Shown piece after piece: positions 12,189 to 28,098 of a stretch of 64,000 bases of DNA. Made by a program: the position numbers and the translations under genes. Position 1 is the stretch's first letter. Every line of letters starts with the position of its first letter. The DNA is from Eledone cirrhosa (Eukaryota): contig OZ024742.1 of NCBI GenBank assembly GCA_964016885.1, positions 85,994,001 through 86,058,000 of the forward strand, written 5' to 3'. The notes below the pieces were generated by a model that saw only the letters and a list, made by a program, of their open reading frames with translations, was not told the DNA's origin and searched no databases.

Positions 12189-12429
12189 TACCCATCTGCC
12201 AGATAGTTGAACGTTCGAAAGTATATACTTTCCTTATGAAAATTAACGGCTGAGCAGCCTAATTTGCATATTGAGTGAGTTAAATCGGTCAGGCATACCG
12301 AAAACGATAAGTTGAAAAAAATGAAAACGAAAAACGAAATTTCATTTCTCACTCTTAGTATGGCACTTACTTAAATGTAAGTATGTATGTATACGTATAT
12401 ACATATATGTATACAGACGTACAGTAGCA

Positions 12430-12477
<48 letters not shown>

Positions 12478-12519
12478 CACACATGCAGGTACACATACAT
12501 ATATGCACGTATATATGCA

Positions 12520-15389
<2,870 letters not shown>

Positions 15390-15390
<1 letters not shown>

Positions 15391-17052
15391 TAGGAGGTGA
15401 GTTTTATTGTAGTACAATAAAGCAATGCAGATTACGGATAAGTAGCACTCTACAGTTTGTAGGACTGGAGTATACCGCACATAAAACCATCTTAGAGTTC
15501 AACAATTAATATTGGACCAGAGCTTATACCTCTAACAAATTTAACATCACAATGGGAGCATCCGATTCATCCCAATTGACAGATTTAATTGGTATCTTTA
15601 TTTTGAACTCTTTGAATCGGAAAATTCCTCAACTTCGCGGTGGAATTTATCGTGACGATGGACTCTTTACTATCTTAAATTGCAACATAGTTAACCTTAA
15701 TATTATGAAGAACAATATACGTAATCTCTTTAACCAACATAACTTAAACATTTAATTTGATAACAGCATCAAACTACCTAATTTCTTGGTTGATAACAGC
15801 ATCAAACTAGCTAATTTCTTGACATTGGCCTATATTGCCCTTACCATAAAAACAATGATAACCTAAATTATGTTAATTTTAAATCTAACCACCCCACTAA
15901 TATTAAGAATGCTATAGTTAGTTATATTGGAAAAAGAATATCCAACCGATCTTCTAATAAAAACATATTTGATGCTAACGCCAATTACTATAATAACGGA
16001 TTTCTAAAGTCGGTTATCCTTATAAAATCAAATATAGTAAAGAAACAAATTCTAGAAGATCTTACAGTAGAATAATTAATCATGATCATTCCAATAACTT
16101 TAATAAAAGACCTAGATACAAAAACATAATCTGGTATAATGCTTCTTTCTCCATCTCTATTAATAATATTATTCCTAAATTATTCTTTAGTGCCTTAAAT
16201 AAATGCTTCCCGCCCTCACATATCTATAGTAAAATATTTAACAAACACACTATAAAATGTTCCTATTCGTCCTCCTCCAAGATCTCCAACATTATCTCTA
16301 AACACAATAATAAAATACTAAATACTAAATCTCTTCCTACCAACACTGAATATCATAATAATAGTAATAGTACTCCCGACGTCATTGTTAACTCTAGGCT
16401 AATTTCTGCAAACCCAAATACGTCAAACGCAACTTCGTTAAATGTTCTTAATCCCATTCTAAATCAAGAAACTATTATTCCTATCTTAAATAACTTCTCC
16501 AATCCAATTCCTTCTATATATCACAAGGTCACTTGTTAACAACTCTGTTAATTTCTCTAATCGCAATTGTAATTGCCCTGTTAAAAATAAATGTCCTCTC
16601 AACAACCATTGTCTTGAAAAAACTTAATATACGAATGTAAAGTTATAACGCACCAAATCCTTTACCTATTTTGGCTCCACTTCCACCTCCTTTAAAGCTC
16701 GTCTTTATAATCATCATTCTTCTTTTAAATACCAACTTAAAAGAACCAACACGGCACTCTCAGAACTCATATGGTCCTTGAAAGACAAACATATTAACTA
16801 TAACATCTCTTGGAAGAAGGTTTGTTCTGCTTCTACATACTTGAATAGTTCTCTATCCAAGACATGCAATCTCTGTTTATGTGCAAAGTTTACCATTATA
16901 TCTGATTTAGATTCTATAATAAATAGACGCACTGACTTGTTTTCTCTCTGCTTGCATAAATTCCACAGAACATTCCATAAAGTATACAGCTAATATCTAA
17001 TACTTTACCAATTTACCAATTTAATATCTAATACTTTACCAATTCTCAAAGG

Positions 17053-17090
<38 letters not shown>

Positions 17091-18075
17091 TATTTCTTTA
17101 AAAATATACCCATCTTTCTACCTTATTTCAATGTTATTTATTATACATTATATAATACTAGTTACTTATTCTATATCACTCCTATTTTCACTTCCCTTTC
17201 TTTCTTTTTTCCTTTCTTCTTTTTTTCTTTTTCTTTTAATTTTTAACCTCTAATCTGTACCTTTTCTTCCTAGATACTTCGCAATTCTCATTATTACTCA
17301 GCACAATATATCCTTACTTCATAATATCACCTTAAAAAATCCTTCGTAAACATAAACATTTTTTTCACGTTAGATTATTCATCCTCATTTCATAATTTTT
17401 TTCTCCGTTTCATGCTCATCTAACTTATACATATTACACTTCTACTTCATTTCACAATATACCCTTAATTACATTACTATTGTTATATTTTTATATTTTT
17501 TAATAATACATATCAACAATTTCTTTCCATCGCACATATTATTAAACCCTTAAATATTATTCTTAATACATATTAACATTTTCTTTTCATCGCACATATT
17601 ATTAAACCCTTCAATATACACACCTTAATTTAACATTATTCTAAATGTTTTCTCTTCGTTAATTTTCAAATTCTTTTAATTTATATATTATCTTCCAACG
17701 GTTCTTTAACCTCTCTATGTAAAACAAAATATTTTTTCTCAGTTATAAAAGCTATCTCGCTCTCTCTCTGTCACCCATCTCTCATCCTATCTCATCCTTC
17801 CTCATTATACTCCCCCCTCCACTTTTTACTCTCATCTCCTCCTCTTTTTCATCACCCCCCCCCCTTAAATGTTTTTCCCAATATCACACATCAATCTAAA
17901 ACTGCTTTTCATATGTTGATTTAAAACTGCACTAGTCACAAGTGTTTTTTAACCTTCATATCATGTCTCCCTATTTTATCTGACGAAAATGCAAATGTTA
18001 TTGCATGATGATATTTGTTTTTGAAATGCGCATAATAAAATACATGGAACTCTTTTAAACATCTTTTGAACTTAT
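15390..18075 (+). mobile_element. 5'-truncated degenerate Penelope-like element (RT, linker, GIY-YIG, long 3' UTR with HHR)
   Basis: MGASDSSQLTDLIGIFIL...GGIYRDDGL (RT), CNCPVKNKCPLNNHCL, YFGSTSTSFKARLYNHHSSF, CNLCL...IINRRTDLFSLCLHK. 15390-15475 is an inverted piece of the family terminal repeat (compare 57380-57465). Confidence 0.9.
17972..18042 (+). ncRNA. PLE terminal-repeat hammerhead ribozyme
   Basis: tattttat-CTGACGA-aaatgcaaatgttatt...atgatatttgttttt-GAAA-tgcgca-TA-ataaaata. 8-bp stem I, palindromic stem III. Confidence 0.75.
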
Positions 18076-18081
18076 ATATTA

Positions 18082-18157
<76 letters not shown>

Positions 18158-18178
18158 AAATACATATATATATATAAA

Positions 18179-18215
<37 letters not shown>

Positions 18216-18225
18216 AGCATGTATG

Positions 18226-18775
18226 ACCATTTCAACTTATGTATATAGCTCTGGTATCTTCTTCATATCCATCGATTACTTGTCAACACAATACGGAAAT
18301 TGCGTTTCGCTAATTTCTACCCGCCGAAATGCGATTCTCGCTAAATTTATGTGTGTATTAATCTCCCAAGTCAAGCGATTAACCAGTTAATTTTTGGGGG
18401 GCTTTTTAGTTAATTCTATTGACTGATTAGTCGCTTATACACTGGGTAATTGTTGGCCTTGTGCCAACAGTAGAAACAATTATTGATTTATGTGTTGCAG
18501 AAACCCAATTTCGGAGTATTCCATCGTGCCCGGGGCGTCCGGGTAACTATCTCAATCATATCTCATTTTTTTTTACCCGTTTAGCTTGTTCGCTTCTTTG
18601 GCTATGGTGGTTAATGGCTTTTTAACCATCGCCTCAGCGTGTATAACCATTTTAACTTATGTTTATAGCTCTGGTATCTGATTCATATCCATGGAGCGCT
18701 TGTCTGCGCAATACGGAAGTTGCGTTTCGCTAATTTCTACAGGCCGAAATGCGGTTCTCGCTAAATTTATATTTA
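18226..18775. repeat. Diverged direct repeat (~130 bp, ~420-bp spacing), probably a PLE terminal-repeat remnant
   Basis: 18226-18350 resembles 18646-18772 (accattt.aacttatgt.tatagctctggtatct...gcgtttcgctaatttctac...ctcgctaaatttat). Flanked by (TA)n. Confidence 0.7.
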
Positions 18776-18786
18776 TATATTTATAT

Positions 18787-18986
18787 ATTAAAATAACAGA
18801 TTAAAGTTTAAGTAAAGAATCTCTGCTTTCACCCTTGACGGGATCTTCTGCAACTAAAAAATCAATCTGTGAACGCAGAAGTAAATATTTAGAAAAACGT
18901 TGCAACCGAAGGTTGAAAAAATTTCAGAGAACATATGTGTATTTACCTGTAGGTATGTGTGTGCGCGCGTTATTTTTGCTATATGT

Positions 18987-19058
<72 letters not shown>

Positions 19059-19584
19059 TTATTTTTAATATATTTTTATGTGTACTTGTTCTATACATTC
19101 GTAAGTTTGCGGCTACAGGTGTTGTGCGGGTTTATGTATGTGTGCGTGGGTTTTTGTGTACGTGCGTGTGTTTTCGCGTATGCATGTGTATGTACGTATA
19201 TGGATGTGTGCATGTCTATATTTAATTATTGTTGATTTCAATAACCCCTCTAATTTATTTACATTATTCTTAACTCTGAAGCCGAGTATCATTCAGTTTC
19301 CTAAATAGGACTTTAGTCTACGACTTCATTAACGTGGTTTTGTCTTTGTGTGTAAATGTTCTCACCGCTCTAAATAATGACGTATTATCTTCGTGTTTTT
19401 TCGTTCATTGCCAGGGAACGTCTCCACGAACCAAAGTATCGTCCTTTTGTCTTCCTCCGGTTGCAACGTTTTTCGAAATATTTACTTCTGCGTTCACAGA
19501 TTGATTTTTTTTTAGTTTCAGAAGATCCCGTTAAGGGTGAAAGCAGCGATTATTTGCTTAAACTTTAATCTGTTATTTTAATAA
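18787..19584. mobile_element. Non-coding element with ~130-bp inverted terminal arms carrying hammerhead-like motifs
   Basis: 18787-18912 is a reverse complement of ~19457-19584. A further family copy lies at ~55840-56290. Confidence 0.75.
19514..19564 (+). ncRNA. Hammerhead-like motif with non-canonical CAGAAGA core
   Basis: agttt-CAGAAGA-tccc(gttaa)gggt-GAAA-gca(gcgattatt)tgc-TT-aaact. Same core in copies at 18805-18855 (-) and ~55860-55910 (-). Confidence 0.55.
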
Positions 19585-19687
19585 ATATTTGCTCTAGGGT
19601 CCTTATATATTTGATATATACTTATCCTTATCGAGCCCTCTTTGGATTTTACTCTTCACATTTATTGTTATTACTATATATATATGG

Positions 19688-19729
19688 AGAGAGAGAGAGG
19701 GAAGAGAGAGAGAGAAAGAGAGAGAGGGA

Positions 19730-19805
<76 letters not shown>
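19688..19805. repeat. (GA)n microsatellite
   Basis: Direct reading. Confidence 0.95.
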
Positions 19806-19808
<3 letters not shown>

Positions 19809-20425
19809 GGAATAAATGAGTCAATGGAAAATTGAATTTTGCTTGTGATGAGTTATGAGAAAAAATTCTGTGGAGAAACTAATTTCGTTTAATAAATTAT
19901 TATTAACGTCATGCTTATCATACTCAAATCACTGTCAGGTTATATGTTACAAAATGGTCGTAAACGAAAATGAGATAATTGATGAAATACATTAGTTAAA
20001 TCCATTCAAATTATACGATGCTGAAATGATGAGAAAAATTGCATAATATTCTTCATCACACTGTATTGTATCTCAGAATCTAGTTGTTTTACATTTGTAG
20101 AAATATTCATTGTGCACATGGCAGATGTGAAACTAACATTGCCATAAAACATGATAAACCAAAGAGAAACCAAGTGGAAAAGACTTGTTAAAATCCAACA
20201 AGACAAACACATTTTAGTTTTTGTCAATTAGGGTTACAATATAGAATGTCAATTCCGTTATTCTAGATTAATATATGTCATGAATGAAATGGGGAACTAA
20301 TTACCTGACATAGTATTTAGCCTTTATTATGGAAAGGTGTTTTGTGAATAAGTCAAGCAATGCATCGTCTTCTTTCAAACCTGGTAACAGCGTATATATT
20401 ATTATTATTATTATTATTATTATAG

Positions 20426-20960
20426 TTGCATTTATCTTGCTTTATGTTCATACAAGTTATCACCAAGTCACAACCAGTGACCTCAAGAGACAAGGTCCGC
20501 CATGTTCAAGAAAGAAGTATTTGATGGGTAGTACATGGTAGTGTAGAAAGCCTCAAGGACTTCTTTAGTATCTTCCCTTGACCATTTTTCTCTCTTTTTC
20601 TTTCGATTTCTTGGTGGTGAGCAAAGGGCCAACAGTAGAAGTATTCCGGTTATGGGAGGTCTCCAGCTCCGAAGTGATGGGAAGGTTTGACCCATTAGCT
20701 GAGTTTTCGACCCCAGTCTGGTTCCTCTCGCGGGCCTTTTCTACCCGGGTGACGGCCGATCCGGTATGAGATTTTATCATTAGACATTTACTTTATTTTG
20801 TCGCGTTTTATCCTTATCCGCCAAGGGGTAATCATTTCGTGTTACCACTTCTAGAACGAGTGTCAACCAAGACTAGAGGGGTCGTTCTCCCCTAGAGACA
20901 CGGCTATTCCGCGCCGGCCCCCATCCCGGTATTTCTTGGTCACGGGGTTTTCTTTTTTGT
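20426..20960 (-). mobile_element. Internally deleted, non-autonomous derivative of the R4/Dong-like LINE at 21931-25900
   Basis: 20517-20960 matches the 5' end (25434-25885) and 20426-20516 matches the 3' end (21931-22026). Ends in a (TAA)n tail. Confidence 0.9.
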
Positions 20961-21891
20961 TGTTTTTTTTTTAATTGTTATTATCATGAGTGGTTCCTTA
21001 ATGTGAGCATTGCGTGGCTTAAGAATGAAATTATTAATAATAATAATTGTCTCCACTCCAGGCACATGGCCAGCAATCACCCAGTGCATGGAGTTTGGCC
21101 GGTGGCCAGGTGACTAAGTCAATCTATTTATATCTTTTGCTAACCTCTCCCTTATCTAGTGATACCGCCACCTTCCCCTTTCTTAAGTTAACAGGGGAAT
21201 AGTGGTGGTAGCAATGAAGGAGTGGTGGGGGCAGTGATGGGGTAGTGGTAGCAATGATGGATGGAGTGGTGGCGGCGGTGGCGTTGTCGTTACTGAGTTT
21301 TTTTTTTTTACATGTAGTATCTATTTTGTTTGTGTCGCGTATGTTTAATATCTGTGTTGAATAGACTAGTTTTGTTTGATCTGTAGTATCTATGCGTTTG
21401 TGCCGCGTATGTTTAATATATGCGTTGAGATATTCCCGTAAAATTAGAATTAAACATTTTGTTAAAACTTGAGACAATAATAATAGTAATTATTATTATG
21501 ATGCTGGGATTGGTGGTGGTGGTGGTGAAATTGCCGTTACCTGGCTATTATATTTAGTGTACACATCGGGGTGATGGGGTAGGTGCTGTATCAAGTTTCT
21601 GGTGTTGGTGAAATTGCTGTTATTTCGCGGTTCTATATAGTGTAGACAGAATGGGTTTTGTTCCATTTATAACCATTTTCTTTTTTGAATATAAAATATA
21701 TAATACAAAATTGAATATTTGAGCGATATAACAATATATTATGGATCCGAAATTTTATGAGACTTGATTCGGTGGTTTATGCATTATTTGTACTAAGAAT
21801 TGTTATTTCACAATTGATTTAAATATGTTAAAAATGAAAAACTTACGGGAGCGATTTCATGACTTTCTAACACCTCGTGCGTCTTCTTCCC

Positions 21892-21928
<37 letters not shown>

Positions 21929-21930
21929 TA

Positions 21931-24900
21931 TTTGCATTTATCTTGCTTTATGTTCATACGAGTTATCACCAAATCACAACCAGTGACCTCAAGAGACAAC
22001 AAGGTCCGCCATGTTCAAGAAAGAACATACATATTCACACATGCATCCTTAGTGTTTAGACTTGTGGTGTACTTATATTGACAGGATCTTCCTTAGTATA
22101 TGGGCAGTTCCCATTAGTACTATCTTTTGTATTTCTCCTATAAGCGGGTTTCCTGAGATTTGCGATAAGTAGTCGTTAGACTCCTTAGGTATCATTCCCA
22201 GAGCGCCTACAACCGCTCGTATTGTTTTAGTTCTCAATTTCCACATTTTTCCAATTTCTATCTCCAGGTCCTTATACTTGCTCAATTTTTCAAATGTTTT
22301 TATAGATACATTCTTGTCTATTGGAACGGACATATCAATTAGCAGGCATACCCTCCTTTGAAAGTCCTTCAATATTATATCAGGTCTATTTGCATCTATT
22401 TTTCGGTCTGTTTGGATGCTAAAGTTCCACAAGATTGAGATGTGATCTTTTTCAAGTATGGGAGGTGGTTGATGCTCCCACCAATTCTTTTGATGGGGCA
22501 GGTCAAAATGCTTACACATTATCCAATGTATCTATTGTGCAGCTCTGTCATGCCTGTTTAGGTATTCGGTTGGAGCTATAGGACTGCACATTGAAATTAT
22601 ATGGTAAATGGTCTCTGGTTGTTTTTTGCATACACGGCATAATGGGCTGCACCCATTTTTTATTATGTTGGCTTGGTAATGTTTTGTTGGCAGACACTGA
22701 TCTTGTGCCGATATAATCAGTCCTTCAGTCTCCGATTTCAGTCCAGAGGATGCCAACCACTGATGGGTTAAAGTTTTGTCAACATCAGGATTGTTAGCTC
22801 GCTCTGGGTATTTTCCATACAGAGGCTTTTCTTGCCATTTCTTAGCCAGTTTCTGTAGCAGTTCTTTCTTTGCAGTTACTTTTACCTGCTTTGCTTTTTC
22901 TGTGTTTTCCATTTCAGCAGTAAATGGGACTTCTGAAATGTGTAGTCCATTACTGTATCTTTGTGCATCTTTTGTAATCGAATATGATCTTTTGGTGATT
23001 TCGTGTTTCAAAACGAGTTTGATCATCCAATCATGTGATTCCCTTAGATATGTGGATAATCCAATTGTTGCAGTTTTCAACGCAATGTCTAACTGGATTA
23101 ACCCACGTCCTCCTTCTTTCCAAGGGAGATATATTCTATCTATGTCTGCCTTAGGGTGATGCATTCTGTGCATGGTTAAGAATTTTCGGATTTTTGTATC
23201 GAGCCTACGGATCTCTGTGCTTGACCAGTTGATGACATTGTAACTGTAGGTTACTACTGGTTTGGCAAGCGTGTTTATGGCATCGATCCTATTCCTTGCA
23301 TTCAATTCCGTTCTTAAGATTGCTCTGACTCTGCGGTAACATTCCTTCCCTTCCTTATCCTTTCCCTCATTGTCGAGTGCTTGATTCCGTCTCCTTCACA
23401 AACACCTAGATATTTGTAAGTTTTTTCTTGATCAAGCTCTCTTATCACGTTCCCCCGATCAAGATTAATGTCTGAACTCTTCAGCAGCTTTCCTCTGGTG
23501 AACGTTGCTTTGGCGCATTTATCCAGTCGAAACTCCATTTTAATGTCATCACTGAACTGCTTCACAGTGGATATTAGCCCTTGCAATTGTTCATCATTTT
23601 TTGCAAATAGTTTCAGGTCATCCATGTAGAACAGGTGATTAATGGTTTTGTCATAGACTCTATATCCATGTTTTGTTTCATTGAGCATTTTCCTTAATGG
23701 TATAAGTGCGATGCAGAATAAAAGCGGTGATAAAGAGTCACCCTGAAAAATTCCACAATTAATATTAACTTCTCCTGCTTCCAGTGATTTTTGTTTCACT
23801 ATTCAAAAGGAGTGTCGTTCTCCATGTCTTCATACTGAATGAAAACGGGGGATATTTTTAAAATCTCTAAACATTTGTCAATCCAACTGTGTGGCAAAAT
23901 ATCGAATGCTTTTTTATAATCTATCCAAGCAATCGATAGATTTTTGTGTCTATTATGACAATCTTCCAGTATCATTTTGTTAACCAGAAGCTGATCCTTA
24001 CAGCCATATGAGCCTCGTTTACACCCTTTCTGCTCAATGGGAAATAGGTCATTTGTTATCAGGTGGTCATATGTGTATTCAGTTAGGACTGATGTTAAAA
24101 TGTTATACATTTTGGTCAAGCAGGTTATCGGTCTGTAATTTTGGGGATTGTTTGTCTCATCATTCTTCGGTAGCAGGAATGTAATGCCGTTAACTAGCCA
24201 TGATGGTATCTTTTCTGGCTCCTTAACTATTTCATTGTAAAGTTGGGCTAACAGCTCATGAGACTCTGTGAAGGCATTTATCCAAGTTTTGTATTTTGTA
24301 TTTTCCTGGGGATTTCCATTTGCTGGTTTTTCTTAGAGCCAAGCGCAACTGTTCAACTATTATATTTTCTCATGTTAGTTCTTCACGGTGAGCTGTATCT
24401 TTCATTTGTCTGTCTATCCATGGGGCATGTATGTTATGAACTTTTTCTTCGGCCCAGATCTTTTCCCAGAATTCTAGCACTTCCTCCTTGGGTAGTATTG
24501 ATTTAGCAGTTATTGTTGACTTACCAATTTTTCTGTAGAAGTTTCTTTGGTTGTTTTTGAACATATTATTGTCCTTATAGAATCTAGATCGTTTTTCAAA
24601 GCGCCTTATACGAGCAGCTTTGGCCGACACTTTTTGCTTGATTGTTTCTATCAGCATGTCTATGTCACATGTTGATCATATACTGTACTTTTTTTTCAAT
24701 TTTCTAAGTTTAGTTTGTTTAACATGTTCACCTACTTTATAGTTTGTTAAAATTTCTATGTCAGATCGGAGAAGGTTTATTTGGCGATTGATGTTATCTT
24801 GACAAGTAGATTTCTTGTGGGAATTCCTTTGTTTTTTCATCTTCACTCCACATAAGTGAGTGGTGACTTTAGCCGATGCATAATAGAGATGATTTAAGTC

Positions 24901-25900
24901 AGTAATGTTTAGTTTGTTTGTGATGATAATGTTTTTTGAGAATTATGTTAGTCTTGTGTATTATCTTTTGGTTCTGTTTGGAGTTCTGGATCTTAGGGAG
25001 GGTGTCTCGTTACCCCATGTCAGATTCTTTCATTTTCATCCATTCGATCATAATTTCATCCTTCAAGTTGGTAAGTTCATTCTCATTCATTTCTTTATCA
25101 TTTACGATCTCATTATTTTCATTTGGAGTTTCATCCTGAGCATGCACTCCCTCCACTTTTTCGCTCCTTTCTGTAATTTGTTCTGTTGCCAGTGATTCCG
25201 CCTCAACCCTGGGATTCGAAGTGTTACAGTTTACCTCGTTTTCACTGACACATGCTTCATTTTCCCTTCGCTGACTTTGTGCTACTAGCTTGATCTGATC
25301 AATTTCTATATCAGTTAGTAACTTTTTTCTTACAATATTTCTTCGTATATTGGCTAGTTTGTTACTGTCAATATAGCCTCTGTTTTCGGGATGTTTCTTT
25401 TTCCAGTTGATATATGTTTGTTCTGTATTCGATGTATTTGATGGGTAGTACATGGCAGTGTAGAAAGCCTCAAGGACTTCTTTATTATCTTTCCTTGACC
25501 ATTTTTCTCTCTTTTTCTTTGGATTTCTTGGTGGTGAGCATGGAGGGCCAACAGTAGGAGTATTCCGGTTATCGGAGGTCTCCAGCTCCGAAGTGATGGG
25601 AAGGTTTGAACCATTAGCTGATTTTTCGACCCCAGTCTGGTTCCTCTCTGAGGGACGCGGCCCTTTTTTACCCGGGTGACGGCCGATCCGGTATGAGATT
25701 TTATCATTAGACATTTACTTTATTTTGTCGCGTTTTATCCTTATCCGCCAAAGGGCAATCATTTCGTGTTACCACTTCTAGAACGAGTGTCAACCAAGAC
25801 TAGAGGGGTCGTTCTCCCCTAGAGACATGGCTATTCCCCGCCGGCCGCCATCCCGGTATTTCTTGGTCACGGGGTTTTCTTTTTTGTTGCTTTTTATTAA
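21931..25900 (-). mobile_element. Full-length but frameshifted R4/Dong-like non-LTR retrotransposon (RT plus restriction-like endonuclease), family 1
   Basis: ORF pieces from 25714 to 22073: [35 protein letters not shown]...ETIYHIISMC, RHD, RPDIIL, IDMSVP, KLSKY. Flanked on both sides by (TAA)n. Confidence 0.93.
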
Positions 25901-25909
25901 ATTGTTAAA

Positions 25910-25949
<40 letters not shown>

Positions 25950-25964
25950 TATTATTATTATTTT

Positions 25965-27992
25965 TTTATGAGTCTCAGTCATTGACGTTAGTTAACTGGA
26001 AAGTTTGTTGAAATGGATATCAAGCCACTACCTGCAGCCTCAGATATTCAAGACGTATCGGAGGGTTCTTGCTGTTCCCAGCAAGCATGCCTTTTGGAGC
26101 GTTCCAAAAAGCGTGAAGGGGCCACTTTTCTTTAACCATCCCTGGAAACTTTTTGAGATTATGCCTAGTGCGCCTATGACAATCGGGATCACTTTGACTT
26201 CATGGCAGTTCCAAATCCTTTTTACCTCCCACTTTAAGTCCTGGTATCGATTAATTTTCTTCCACTCCTTCTCTTGCACTCTCGTGTCGAATGGGCAGGC
26301 CACATCCACAATCAGGCACGATCTTGTTTTCTTTGTCCAAAACCACCAGGTCAGGTCTATTGTGTTCCAGTTTCTTGTCCGTCTGTATCCTAAAATCCCA
26401 CAGCACCTTCACCTGATCGTTTTCTATCACCGCCTCTGGCTTATGCTCATACCACTTCTCAGAATGTGGTAAATTGTTTACTTTGCATAGGTGCTAGTGG
26501 ATCACCCTGCCCATCACATCATGTCTCCAGCCCTTATAGTGAGTCTGGGCTAGGTGTTTACACTCGGATACAATGTGAGCCACAGTCTCCTCTCTCTCTC
26601 CACAGATCCTGCACAGAGGGCTAGCCTCCTCCTTGTAAATGTGGTGTTTCAACCACTTCGTTTTGAGGGCCTGCTCCTGCGCAGCCATTATCATTCCTTC
26701 TGTAGCCTTTTTAAGGTCTCCTCTTTTCAACCAGTTCCATGTCTGTGGATCTCTAAATTCAGTTTTCTCAAAGAAGGTAATATGAAGGTATTTTTCCTGA
26801 AGGCTGCTCTTTCTCCTTGATGTTATTTCCCCCTTGGAAATCCCCTGGCCTATTGTCCCCTCTTTCACTACAGTTCTGAGCATTGGCTCCTTACTATCAG
26901 TCACGTATTTGTGTAGGTTGTTTTTCACCATCTGAACACAGTCCTCTATGCTGATAAGACCTCTTCCACCTTCAGATCTCCTTAAGTAGAGTCTATCGAC
27001 ATCACTCCTCTTGTGGAACATGTTGTAGATAGTCAATAGCTTCCTAGTCTTCCTATCCATTTCTTTTTGTTCAGCAACATTCCATCTCAGAATTCCCGCA
27101 CTGTACCAAATAATAGACACAGCTCGGCAATTTACTGCACTTATGGCATTCCTACTATTCAGATGTGACTTTAATACGCTCCTTACACTCCGAAGGTATT
27201 CAGTTCTTATCAATTCCTTTAGTTTTTTGTTCTTGATGTCATCAGCCTCCAGAACACCCAAATACTTGTATCCTTCCCCAGAGTCAATTTCCTTTATTAT
27301 CTCACCTGTTGGTATCTGGATTCCATTACTTCTGCTCAACTTACCCCTCCTCATCACAATGACTCCACACTTACTAATACCAAATTGCATACATATCATT
27401 GCTGAAAATACGGACAGTGTCAACAAGCACATCCAACTCCTTCTCACTCTTCCCGAAGAGCTTAAGATCGTCCATAAAGAGGTGGTGATTGATGGTAAGC
27501 CCTCCCTTTCCCAACCTGTATCCTGCTCTCACTTTTCGCAGTACACTGGTCAGGGGCATAAGGGCAAGGACAAACAAGAGAGGGTACAGACTATCTCCCT
27601 GGAAGATACCTCTCTTGATCTTCACGCTTCCCAAGGATTCTCCAGTTGATGTTAACTCTGTTTCCCAGGACTTCATACTTTTGCCCAACAACTGTCTGAT
27701 GTTATCTGCCACCTTGAAGATCTCCAGGCTTTTGGTGATCTAAGAATGAGGCACCATGTCAAATGCCTTTTTGTAGTCTATCCATCCCATGGCAAGACCA
27801 GTGTGTCTCCTCTTGCAATTCCTCATTACCATTTTATCAATAAGTAACTGGTCCTTTGTACCACGTGACTTCTTCCGGCATCCTTTCTGTTCATCCGGTA
27901 ACAAGTTGTTTGTGTGGAGGTGATGGTAGATTTCCTCAGACATAATGCTTGTCAACAGTTTCAACATTACGGACAGACATGTGATAGGTCTA
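25965..27992 (-). mobile_element. 5'-truncated R4/Dong-like LINE, family 2
   Basis: [73 protein letters not shown]. 3' end abuts (TAA)n and 5' break abuts (GAA)n. Confidence 0.92.
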
Positions 27993-28098
<106 letters not shown>

